A DNA stretch of 62,378 nt, counting the filler, from Choristocarpus tenellus KU-1152 (taxonomy: Eukaryota > Protista > Phaeophyceae), in the NCBI GenBank assembly GCA_964200185.2. It is 9 parts of 9 records of this genome, joined end to end, with 100 filler letters (N's around TTAATTAATTAA, not from the genome) between each part and the next. Parts side by side here need not be neighbours in the genome. Positions count along the whole stretch, not along the records: positions 13,215 to 17,014 come from CAXNAD020017850.1; positions 17,115 to 34,177 come from CAXNAD020000728.1; 7 more parts are not named here. The stretch is one strand, 5' to 3'. Below the pieces are notes generated by a model. It ran no database searches and was not told where the DNA came from. It saw only the letters and a program-made list of their open reading frames with translations. Position 1 is the stretch's first letter; the number at the start of each line of letters is the position of its first letter. Shown in pieces: positions 15,121-26,349 of the stretch. The position numbers and the translations under genes were made by a program.

Positions 15121-16339
15121 GAATATGAAAAATACTTGGAGGGGGAGGAACAGCATCAATGACATCATATCCCACAGGTGGAATTGTGCATAAAGCTATC
15201 ACACAACCTTCGACCCATAAACCACTTGCTACTACAATACCTCGAACGCAAAATGTAGATATGTAGTATATACCGTCATGCAGAATGGAATCGAATACTG
15301 AAGAGTTCAGTACAATACCAGAGGAAATTATTATACCAAGGGAGGTGATACCCTAGATGAATTGTATTACAAAAAGCTCCTCAAACTTACCATGATGGGA
15401 TATGTAGCTCTAATCCACAAGTCTGTGGGTGAATGATACTTGTAGAAGGCTCAGTAATGGAAATGTCACCAAATATGTTGGATCTCTCACTACGATCATT
15501 CACTGTATTGCTTTGAGTGGGGTCTAAAGTCAGGACTGAACAAACATGTATGAACTATGTACGGCATCATAATGACAAAATAATACTACGCAGTATATAA
15601 ATACCCAAGAAATACAATATACAAAACCTAGGACTTCAAGGTCACAATGGCATTTATGAAACCCCAATTAGTATGCATAGCTTATCACATAACCCCACAG
15701 TATGAAGCATAACTGCTTCAATGCAATGAACAAGTGATTGGACAAGGATATAAAACATCACTCCTCATCCTATCATAAATGTAGCAGAAATGAAACGAAT
15801 GCCGCTTGAAGGTCCTCTAACATATCCGTAGGCAGCGATGAGGATCCAGTCGAGCAGGAAACCTACAGGAAAAACCTCCTTCAAACGTTTGCCCTGACGA
15901 CAGATATGCTAGCGTGACACTCACACCTCACGGAACTCACTCTGCATTTCACTCATCCTTCAAGAGAAATCCTCCTACACCAGAGTATCACACTCACTTC
16001 AAAATAGGGTACTGTCGAAAAAAGACTTTTCCCCTTTCAAAACTAGTAATAATACAAAGACACAAAATCGCATGGAACACAAGAAAGTGGGTATCGCCAT
16101 AGAAAGACTCTCCTTCCCTATCAACAATGAATGTAAACAAATACAAACAAAAATGTATCACAATAATATACAAGTAGGGTACTTTCATAGATAGACTATC
16201 TCTTCCCCTTCAGGAAACATAAAGACAATTGTCACGATAACATTGAAATGGGATATTGTCATAGAAAGACTCTCCCCTCATTGTGACCATATCCACTAGG
16301 GTTTTTACCCACTCACCTATATGTAACGATCTTGCTCCC

Positions 16340-16597
16340 GAGTCAAAGTATCTTAGAGGGTAGAGTCGCGTCCATTTTGGGGCCACAACCCAATGTTGCG
16401 TTTTGATTTAGCTTTTGCTATCGTGTTTGTTAGGAATTGTCAATATTCTTGTTCCGAACACACCTTTTCATAAGGTATACATTTTATCTATTTTGAAACA
16501 TTTTGGAGTAGAAAAATGTAATAAAAAACCCCATGGGAAGCCAAGCCTCAAATGGACAAACATGGCAAAACTCGTACCCTCTAAGATACTTTCACTC
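16340..16597 (+). mobile_element. MITE family A copy (~258 bp; GAG...CTC termini, Sola-like)
   Basis: TIR GAGTCAAAGTATCTTAGAGGGTA / TACCCTCTAAGATACTTTCACTC; flanks TCCC / CCCC. Confidence 0.9.
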
Positions 16598-16941
16598 CCC
16601 CCCTTTTGCCATCTCCAGCGTGCCCTTGTTCACTGCTCCCAAAGACTCCAAATATCTGACTTGTCCTGCCCTCCTCTTATCCATCTCTCAAGGTGTTGAG
16701 CCAGAGCATCCTGTCCCTATGCTTTATCCTTGTGACACACCTTCTTGACGAGATCACCTGTGGGTCAGAGATAAAGCTCATTTTCTGTTCCCTAAGCAAC
16801 CTGCACCTGAGTTTCGACCGATTTAACTGCCAATTTCATATGTACCTGAAAGCGGCAATTGCACTGCAGAAGAACACCAAAAAACAGCAAAAGTGACAAC
16901 GGACAACACGAGAGAGTATTTGAATATGGCGGATTCTCTCT

Positions 16942-17014
16942 GACCCAAAGTATCTGAGGGGGGGAGGGGGTCTACACCAGGGTGTCCATTTGGACCAAAA
17001 TCAGGAAAAGTGTA
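16942..17014 (+). mobile_element. MITE family B end at contig break
   Basis: GACCCAAAGTATCTGAGGGGGGGAGGGGGTCTACACCAGGGTGTCC; further ends at 6153-6169, 13079-13114, 38576-38682, 52276-52292, 54822-54847, 54948-55049 and 62340-62378. Confidence 0.8.
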
Positions 17015-17114
17015 NNNNNNNNNNNNNNNNNNNNNNNNNNNNNNNNNNNNNNNNNNNNTTAATTAATTAANNNNNNNNNNNNNNNNNNNNNNNNNNNNNN
17101 NNNNNNNNNNNNNN

Positions 17115-17430
17115 GGTAGCCAGCTCATCCAGGAAGCTTTCTGCTTGCTTGCCGAGGCGCCCAAAACTTTCCACTGCAAAGGTGCTTAGGTTATAACTAC
17201 GAGGATCAAAGGAGCCCTCGTAGTGGGTGCGCTTTCGCGCCTCGGCTGCAGCAGCAGCTACACCATTGCTGGCGGGTGAATGGGTGAGGTGGGAGGTGGC
17301 CTGTACCTCTGCGAAGGTGATGTCCAGGAGGAGACCTTTGTCCCTGTAGGGAGCAGTTCCAGCATCTGCTAGTGCCCCTGCGTGAAACACCAGATCCATG
17401 CGAAGATTTCGGTCCACAGTGAAAGGGCTA
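17115..17430 (-). mobile_element. Non-LTR retrotransposon C-terminal restriction-like endonuclease (CRE/R2-type) fragment
   Basis: LRMDLVF...LLLDITF...AAAAAEARKRTHY...FAVESFGRLGKQAESFLDEL, the D..D / K..KY / F.VE.FG pattern of RLE domains; cut by the contig end. Confidence 0.8.
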
Positions 17431-17626
17431 CCTATACAAACTCATGTTTCCAAGAGATCTTTCATATCACGTTAAATTCATCATGATGACTATTATTTGG
17501 TATTGAGAATGGATGAAAGGTATGAGTGTAAGTTAAATCGGGCCAAAAAAATCTGGGATTTTTCCAGGTAGGGCAGTTAGCACGTCCACTGTCGCCCATA
17601 TAGCGGGGACTGGCTCGAGGCCCAAC

Positions 17627-17790
17627 CATGTTGAGACGGTCGATGGCCATGGACATGGTCATGTTCGAACTTGATTGCACATCTTCACCCTGATCATGTT
17701 GAGACGGTCGATGGCCATGAACATGGTCATGTTCGAACTTGATTGCACATCTTCACCCTGATCATGTTGAGACGGTCGATAGCAATGGAC
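17627..17790. repeat. 68-bp tandem repeat x~2.4
   Basis: CATGTTGAGACGGTCGAT... at 17627, 17695, 17763. Confidence 0.95.
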
Positions 17791-18279
17791 TCAACCATTT
17801 TAAGTATGGCCATAGGTAATATTTTTTTTACACTTTACTTAGCCACTTTATGGCCATGCCTCCCTATTTACCAATCACTCTAGCTGTATCTTGTATTTAT
17901 ATTATTATCTGCTCTGACATTTTGTAGATGTGTCAGAGGAAAAGCAGTACTAAATATAATGTATAGATTAATATTTATATATTTTTTTATTCTAGTATTT
18001 TGGAGAATATTAAAAGTTAAGAATAGAACACAAACACATCATTCTGCGTTCAGTGTTTGTTTGGGTACTTGATGTGTTTTGAGACTTCAAATATGTAATT
18101 CGTAAATGTAAATTTAAAAATCCCACAGATATATACCTTCTCTTAATCTCACTATATGTTCTTCATGATTTCGAAACAGGAAGATCCAAACATTGTTTGA
18201 AAGAACACGATCTATATGAATACATATATAGAGAATAACATTACCTTCAATAAGTGTATCTACACACTTTTCATTTCTG

Positions 18280-20870
18280 GACTAGTAAACACAGTGGATC
18301 GCGGACCTCCAGGACACGGACGGGTACAATTACCCAGTGGACATGGTACGGACATGTTAGAGAATGCTAGAGCTGGTCCAACTGGTGGACACGGACCTGT
18401 ACAATACTTAGTGTACATGGACTGGGACATGATAAAGAATGTTTGACCCAGTCCGAGCAGCAGATTTGGACTCTTCAAAATGTAGTGGACATAAACCTGG
18501 ACATTAAAATACTGTTGGAACCGGTCTGACTGGTACTATTTTAATTTGCAGGCTCAGTGAAAAGCCCTGAAGTTTGTATATACTCGAGTTTCATCGAACG
18601 TCCGCGAAACACACGGGACGAGGTGCGCTTCACGGGGCCAAGCACCGAGCCCAATGTCGGTGAAAGGTCCCCTGTCTGATATGGGACGCCGCCAGAGGCA
18701 AAACTTTTTTGAGGTCCTCTGCATTTCCGTCTCTTTTTCGCCTCTCAATTACATAGAACCTATTGTTGATCTTGTTTGCTGTGTTGATATTGATCCCATA
18801 CACATGCTTGTATTTTCACACATCAGAGTGTTGATCAAAATTATTGCATGCCACTCGTTAAGCATCGTCAGAGAACCCAAACGCTAGTCAATAGTTCTTT
18901 ACTATAGGAAAGTGTATACTCCTTTTTATACCAATTCTTGAGCGTCCTTTGTTTTTACAGGATACAAGATACACACATATATATATATGCTGGCCCCATA
19001 TACCTCTCGACTAGTGTTCAGACTGATGGCATTGCTGGCCTCATGCCCTCAGACCTTGATCGTGAGCTTGATGATGTGATGCTGACCACATCCCATCAAC
19101 CTCACTCGTGTTTAAGTTGACTGGTATGGTGGTCCCATACACTTAGACCCTGTAAAGCTTGACTGGTGTGCTGACCACATACCATCATCCTTTGTCTATT
19201 GATATACTGATCAAGTATTTATTAACGCCGCGTTCATATATTACACTTCATTATTATTGTATTAATGAAGTCGTGTAATACAATAATAATAGTGCAATAT
19301 ATTCCGTTAAGAGTTAATAGTCACACCTGTTTTCCCTTTGCTCCCAGAGCTCTGCCAGAGCTCACCTTCTGGTTGGCCTCGAATCGTGTTTACATGGTTT
19401 CAAGGTTCCATCAGAAGGGGGGGTGATGTGGAAAGCAGGGTTACTGTTACAACACACTCCAGAACTCACCTCCACAGACAGGATATGTAACTCTAATCCA
19501 ACGACCTTAAAATGACACTACGGGGGGGATTTCCACAGATGATGACCACGGATAGTGTCAGTCGATACTCCGCTCAGTGGATGCTTCGCTTCTCGCGTTA
19601 TCAAAAGAGTAAGGATCATAAGAACTGAGTAGTGTGGTCAACAAGTAAGCCCTCTAATTGACGTTATCCACCGTTTTTCTACAGGCAAAGAATTAAATGA
19701 CATCTGCAAACTGCTGTATGAATACTACAATCATGAATCTTTATTCTGCAACTACCAGGAATTGACCTTTATTCTGTAAGGTTACGTATGCATTTCGAAT
19801 CTTACTCTGCATTTTCTATAAATTCAGGGTTCCTCTTGTAGGAATTCTTACGTATGTATATTGTTCGCGCTTGTTGGCACGCGGAAATAAATGATCGCGC
19901 TATTCGCCTGGAACATTACCTGTTATTATACTGCTATTGCCATATAATATATATAATACTGACATACCCACTAAGGTTATTTTTTAAGAATGTTGGTTCA
20001 ATTGTGGAGGATCTTCGGAAGGATAGATATCCGTGACTTCTTGTGACATCTCTTCATGCGCACATTTTCTCAAGGCTTATGTCCTATTCTTGATTGAGGG
20101 GTTTTATTTTCTCAACCACATCCGAACCATGATCCTCCCCACTTCCTCAGTCCTAGCCCACGTGTCCAACCTTATCTATGTCCTCTGGATACGTGTCGTC
20201 TTGGTTCGTCTGGTCCTTGTTGCGCCGTGATTCTCTTCACCACCCCCGCCTGAATGAACAATATCGTCACAGAATCACACGATTCACATTCTTTGTACCA
20301 TAGCATATTTTTGACTGGATCAACCCGGGAAAAATGAGATTTGTCTGGGTTGGGCTGGGTCTTTTTTTTACAGGACCGGGTCGTGGGCCTGCCTGGGTGA
20401 TGTATCTTTTGGTGGGGCCAGCCCAGGCATTCAGAAAATGTCACGGGACCGAGTCGGCTAACTGCCTGTCCAGTATAAAGCCCTCCTCTTTCCCATGCAG
20501 TGGCCAAATGAGTTCGACAAGTCTGCTTGAGTCAGACTAGTCTGGAAGAAGACCTCTCTGACCTCTTGATTGAACTAATATCACATGTGCTCGACATGGT
20601 CTGGACATGATCTGGACTTGTCAGAAAATGTTAGACCAGTCAAGGGACATGGTCCAGATATGTTAAGAGAATGTTAAACCCCATCCAGCAGGCCGACATG
20701 GATCGGTACAATACTAGTGGACACGGTCCGGTAATGTTAGAGAATGTTAACGCGGTCTAACTGGCGGACATGGTCTATTACAATACCTAGTAGACATGGC
20801 CCAGGCATGTGAGACAATGTTAGACCCAATCTGGTCGGCGAACATGCTCCTACACATGTCAGAAAGTTGT
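18280..20870 (+). repeat. Two blocks (~18280-18470 and ~20590-20870) of a degenerate ~66-bp GGACATGGTC/GAGAATGTTA repeat
   Basis: Shared GTACAATAC(C)TAGTGGACA(C/T)GG and GTTAGAGAATG motifs in the same orientation. Confidence 0.65.
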
Positions 20871-21157
20871 GGGGGCTGGTCCGGCCCCTGGACCAACGAT
20901 ACCATTTTCTTTTTTTGCTGAAAAGTTCTGATTTATAACATGCCACAAAAGCATTGGTTGCTAAAGTCGGAATTTCGATACAAAACTAGAAATATAATGG
21001 GTAGGTCAAAAATGCAAGCAACTGCAAGACTGGTTCCTGCGAGTGATGGGTCTCAAACATAAATATTATTTTTTTACTACTGTATATCATTTAATCAAAA
21101 AGGTCGAAAAAATCTTGATAATAGATTTTGGAATACCAAACAAAAATTTCGTTACAA

Positions 21158-21370
21158 GACCCAAAGCATTTAAGAGGGTAGGAGTTTTGCCCTGTTTGTC
21201 CGTTTTGGGCTTGGCTTCCCACGTTTTTTTAAGCCCTTTTCCAGTTTTCTATGTGAATACAGTTGCCTAAAATGTATGTAACTATGAAAGGCGTGTCCAG
21301 AGCAAGGGTAATGACACTTGCTAACAACACGACAGCCGAAACTCATCAAAATCGCAACATTGGATTTGGC
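21158..21370 (-). mobile_element. Truncated/diverged MITE family A relative
   Basis: GACCCAAAGCATTTAAGAGGGTAGGAGTTTTGCCCTGTTTGTCC...CATCAAAATCGCAACATTGG matches family A in reverse. Confidence 0.7.
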
Positions 21371-21841
21371 CAATTTTTGTTGGATCTCTGCCGTCTCCAT
21401 TCGCCACAATAAATTTATTCCCTTTTTTGCAATGCAAAAAACAAATATATATCACCACTTGTTATGTGAGCACAAGAAGTGGGTCAAGCTCGATGAAGGT
21501 ACTTACTCCTTCTGTCCCATAAGTCTGGGCCGTTAAGTTGTCGCTCTTGGGGATGACCTCCGATTACAAAACGGACTTGAGTTGTATTCCTTCGAATATT
21601 TTACGTTAAAAACTAAACGTCAAAGAATTCTTTGTAGGATTCTGTTCTGAATTAGTTCCGAAATAATGGAACACAGAATGGGGCACATTCTTACAACTTT
21701 TTTTTGTTCCTGCTGCAGCGTGGAGTCGCACAACACTCTCACAAGCCCCATGGCGAGCCCCCACAGCCCGTCGTCCCTGGCACGAAGTTCACCGTCTCGG
21801 GGAAAGAACTGCGAGCTGACCGAGGGAGGTCAGACTGCACT

Positions 21842-22100
21842 GAGTCAAAGTATCTGAGAGGATAGAGTCGCGTCCGTTCGGGGGGCAAAATCCAATATTG
21901 CGATTTTGATGTAATTTTACTATCGTGTTTGTTAGGAAGTGTCAAGATCCTTGTTCCGGAGACACCCTTTCATAACGTACACATTTTACCTGCTCCGAAA
22001 CATTTCAGAGAAGGAAAATGTCATAAAATACATGTGGGAGGCCAAGCCCTAAATGGACAAACAGGGCAAAAAACTCGCAACCTCTAAGACACTTTCATTC
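21842..22100 (+). mobile_element. MITE family A copy nested in the mariner transposase
   Basis: Same TIRs and internal sequence; flanking ACT duplication; removal restores the frame GQTALALRYAW. Confidence 0.9.
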
Positions 22101-22297
22101 ACTTGCTCTGCGTTACGCATGGACTCTTCCTCCAGGTCACAAAAGGCTCCCGAGGGGTGTGGATTCTAAATTGGCGAAAGAGTTTGGAGTGGGAGAGAGA
22201 CACCCTAGATAGACAGGTTTGGGCGCATCAAAGAACAGTTAGACAGGGGGAATACCGTCTCCCTGAAATCACAAGCATGATCTGGATGGCCATCGGA

Positions 22298-22478
22298 AGC
22301 TCAAAATATCTGAGGGGTGGGGGAGGTCTAGACCAGGGTGTCCATTCGGGCCCTGACCAGGAGAAACAAACTTACATCATCCATCCGATGCATGTTGTAG
22401 GCAAATCACCCAAAAATCGCGACATGGAAAAAAGGGTCCCAAATGGACAGTCGCCACCCCCCTCAGATACTTTGAGCC
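22298..22478 (+). mobile_element. MITE family B copy (181 bp, G-tract type, shares the CAAAGTATCT TIR core) nested in the mariner transposase
   Basis: AGCTCAAAATATCTGAGGGG...CCCCTCAGATACTTTGAGCC; TSD CGGA; removal restores SGWPSDFTPT. Confidence 0.88.
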
Positions 22479-23702
22479 CGGACTTTACACCAACGAAACA
22501 AGCGAAAATCCGAGAAATCAAAGCCAGTAAACGCACGCTGACTATTTACCAACTTTCCGCCAAGCTCGCCGAAGTGGGCCTCACAGTCAGCAGCTCAGAG
22601 CTTCATTGCTGGCTCGAAGCCATGGGGGCAACGAGGGTTCAGCGGTGCGTCACCCCTAGCCTTTCATTTTCTCACAAGAAGAACAGGGTGGACTTCATCC
22701 TTGACCAGATCTCCCGCAACCGCAAAACCTACAGGACTGGCCTAAACACCATTCACATGGATGAGGCATGGTTCTACCTCATCCATGAACGAGAGATGGT
22801 GCGCATATGTTTCCAGGGGAGGAAAAGGTGGGCTTGGTGAAGGTGCAGCACAAGATTCACATTCCCAAAGTAATGTTCATCTCCACCGTTTCGTGTCCAG
22901 ATCCTTCTCATGATTTGACGGCAAGATCAGGATCTGGTGGGTTTGCGTCACAAAGGAGGCACAACGGACTACAGCGTGGCACACAAAGGGTCAGGAATGT
23001 GAGGTCGACGTCCCTGTTGACGCCAAGTGGTACCTGGAGTGGTACACGGAGCAGCTATTGCCAGCGATCAAGGAAAAAATACCGTGGCTGAAAATGGGGG
23101 GGGGCTCCATACAGCAGGATGGCACAACCCCACATACGGGCAAGGGCATAGTCCAGAAGTGGGACGCAGCAGGGATGGAGTAGGGATGGGACATTAAGCT
23201 CGTGACACAGCCAGCACAGTCACCGGATGTAAACATCAATTATTTGGGGGGGTTGCATCTTTGAAGAACAGAGTTTGGGCGGTGCATCACGGAACCGTTG
23301 ATGAACTTATAGATGGAGTTTCAAGCATGTTCCATGCGTATGACACAGACACACGAGTGCTTGAGACGGTGTGGCAGAGTCTGTTTAAGAGGTATAATCA
23401 GGCGCTGGGAAGAACGATTTCGAGGGGGAGCACACTGAGACCAAGAAAAGGCAGCGGGAGGGAGGGTTGGCTAGATCAGTCGAAGTAGACTGAGCGACTT
23501 CCACGGGGGCCCTGGATTGGTGGGTTGACAGTGTCGAATAAAGGCGAGACATACTTGTTTAATGTAAAATATTCCAAGGAATTCAACGCCAAGGTCCGTT
23601 TTGTAGTTAGAGGTCATCCCGAAGTGCAACAACTTAATGGCCCAGACTTATGGGACAGAGGGAGTATTATTTTTGGCATTATTATGGTAAGTGTACAAAT
23701 AT

Positions 23703-23960
23703 GAGTCAAAGTATCTTAGAGGGTAGAGCCGCGTCCATTTGGAGCCAAAACCTAATGTTGCAATTTTGATGTAATTTTGGCCATCGTGTTTTTTAGGAAA
23801 CGTCAATATCCACGTTCTGGACACTCCTTTTCATACCGTATACATTTTACCTACTCTGAAACATTTTGGAGTTGGTAGAATGTCATTTAAAACCCGTGAG
23901 AAGCCAAGCCCCAAATGGACAAACAGGGCAAAAATCGTACCCTCTGAGATAGTTTCACTC
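23703..23960 (+). mobile_element. MITE family A copy
   Basis: GAGTCAAAGTATCTTAGAGGGTA...TACCCTCTGAGATAGTTTCACTC; TSD ATAT. Confidence 0.9.
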
Positions 23961-24244
23961 ATATATGCTCAAGTTGTGTCACTCAGTTGGGGCCAACAGT
24001 CAGTGCAACAGCGTGTAGAGTGATACGAGCAAATTATATAAGCTAAAAAAGAGAAAACAGCGCACCATGTGCCACTCTACCCTAAGCCCATGTAAATATA
24101 GTAACCTCCATCCAGAAGAGGTGGCCGAAACACTTGATAGGGTCCTGCGTTTCCACCATCACTACGATTTCCTGCTAACTACTCCTTCCGCACACTTGGG
24201 CACCACAGTCATCCCCACGAGAATGCTGCACCACAGTGTCATCA

Positions 24245-24501
24245 GTGCTACATTATCTTAGAGGGTAGGACCGCGTCCGTTTGGGACCAAAATCCAATGT
24301 TGCGATTTGATGAAATTTTGGTTATCATTTTTGTTAGGAGATGTCAATATCCTTGTTCCGGACACTCCTTTTCATAACGTATACGTTTTACCTACTCAGA
24401 AGTATTTCAGAGTAGCTAAAATGTCATAAAAAACCTGTGGGCAGCCAAGCCCCAAATCGACAAACAGGGCAAAACTCGTACCCTCTGAGATACTTTCAGT
24501 C
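24245..24501 (+). mobile_element. MITE family A copy (left TIR decayed)
   Basis: Internal sequence matches the family; TSD ATCA on both sides. Confidence 0.85.
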
Positions 24502-24914
24502 ATCAACTACATCTCCAGAGAGATAGGTTTGCTTGGCGGTGACTGTATTGCAAGCAGAGAGAAACGATTATTCAGATGCAGCCGTTGTGGCCTGTGCAGG
24601 TAATCACATCCGTGCTGCAATAACATACTCAACTTTACAAACACATCCAATACTTTTTCATCCTTCCACCATTTGAGGGAACCACCAAGCTCCTCTACCA
24701 TGTGCACATCCACTGGTTACATAACACAGTACACCTCCAGGTAGTATTGCACATATTCTCATAGGTGATCTCCAACCGTGTCCTCTTGTGGGCACTTCGC
24801 TCATCACCATATCTAAAGGAGGACACCCCATCACCCCACTACTGCGTGAGACATCTTGGCTGCCTTCTTGAGCAGCTTACCCTCATTTGGCATGATGACA
24901 TCAAGCAAGGAGCC

Positions 24915-25335
24915 AAATCCAATTGAGGGGCAGGGAGGGTTGCATTTAACGATCTCCGAAAAAAGCAAAAGGATGCAATTTTGTACAATTGCAGAAAGAG
25001 ACTCTGCTTGATCGTGGTGGCACTTTGTGTGAGGAAAGGGGGGAAATATCAATTTTGCGTACACTACTGTGAACACAAAGCGATGAAATAGAGCGTTTTG
25101 CAGAGGGTATTTACAATGGCTTAGAATGCATCAGGGTCCGAATCTTCCTACCTCTGAATTGTTTTGGCTCAGAATTATGATGCAGAAGCATTGACCGACA
25201 GTGGCGATTTTTCTTTTGGCTAATTATCCAACCCACTCAAGCACGCACCGTCCATATGAACACCAACCACCCATGTCATTTTTTTTGTTTACAACATGTA
25301 CATTTCAAATGATATATGCCCGGCTGATTTTTTTA
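24915..25335 (+). repeat. Copy of an unidentified interspersed decayed coding repeat (5 copies in window)
   Basis: Aligns by eye to ~5030-5290(-), ~8440-8640(+), ~52590-52850 plus ~53850-54015(+), ~59815-60060(-). Confidence 0.7.
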
Positions 25336-26349
25336 TCCTACCCGATGTGACTTTTTGTCAGCTACACGCACACGAAAGAACCTCATTGAAGGTATCCGTT
25401 CGTTCCATCCACACATTCTTAGGCCTTACAGTTCCTCACAACAGAAAAAATCAAACGTTTGAATAAGGGCAAAATCTGCCCATTTGGTCCGATTTTTTTA
25501 GAATATCGTATGATACCAATTTTTTTCTGACCAATATCATATAAAATATCTAATCGATCCAACCTATTTTTGATACCTACACAACCAAGGGATAACTGGA
25601 TACAATTTCCCCCACCCCATCCCAACCGGTTCTCATGGGGAGGTACCTGCATAGTTCTACAGGATACTTTGTAGTACTACAAACCACTAAACGGTAACAT
25701 TCCCTGTTTGTAGATACTTGGTGGATGGCATCAACTATTATGAACAAGGTAAACTTGGCTGATGGAACTTGGGTGAAAGTATTCCCTGTGTGCTACATGC
25801 AGTTGATATGCCAAGAAACAGCAACCTTCAATGCACAGCACACTAGACATCTTGTCCATAGCACAATTTCCCCCCCTTCTCCCCCCAAGCCACCACAGGG
25901 AACTCGGAGGCATGGTATCCACATATTCCGTGTATGGGACCAGTTGGACCTATCTCTACTTGCTGAAGTTGAAGTTAAAAATAAGATTAGAAATCGGTAC
26001 CTGACAAGTTGCATTTGATTGTATTTCTACTACTAGGGTAAAACAAAACGAATATGAAATAAACACTTCTCTACTTTAAATATGTTGCTTCAATCATTTG
26101 ATAAATAAAACGATGTTTATGATAATGATAATAAATTGTTATTAATATAATTACTATTAAGGCTATTTTGATCATCAATTGACACATTAGTCTGAAGGAT
26201 CCCAGACTCGTGTTGAAAAAGTAGTCCAAAGAAGGTAATACACACTGGATGGGAAAAGGTAACAAGGACGATAAAAAAACAAAGCAGGGGAAGAGAAAAA
26301 TATATATTATATACTACCATCAGTAAACCATTAGACTGAACAATAATAG

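Larger units (their letters stand above)
21750..23541 (+). pseudogene. Mariner transposase pseudogene
   Basis: After removing two MITE insertions: HTH-like LAKEFGVGER, *SGWPSDFT (decayed RSGRP), IHMDEAWFYL, KVMF, IQQDGTTPH, QPAQSPDVNINYLG, TVDELI; contains stops and frameshifts. Confidence 0.9.
21506..23664 (+). mobile_element. Full-length Tc1/mariner DNA transposon of the plant-type (DD39D-like) group, inactive
   Basis: ~105-bp imperfect TIRs beginning CTCC(C/T)TCTGTCCCATAAGTCTGGGCC (21506..) and ending GGCCCAGACTTATGGGACAGAGGGAG (..23664), TA on both sides; internal transposase remnant. Confidence 0.93.

Noticed and set aside
19600-20300. Copia LTR retrotransposon remnant
   Set aside because: Only a weak QQFADVI motif and a TGGTA; no LTR pair or other domains seen, so not listed as a feature
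22103-22840. 245-aa ORF as an intact gene
   Set aside because: Chimeric frame reading through a MITE into part of the broken mariner transposase
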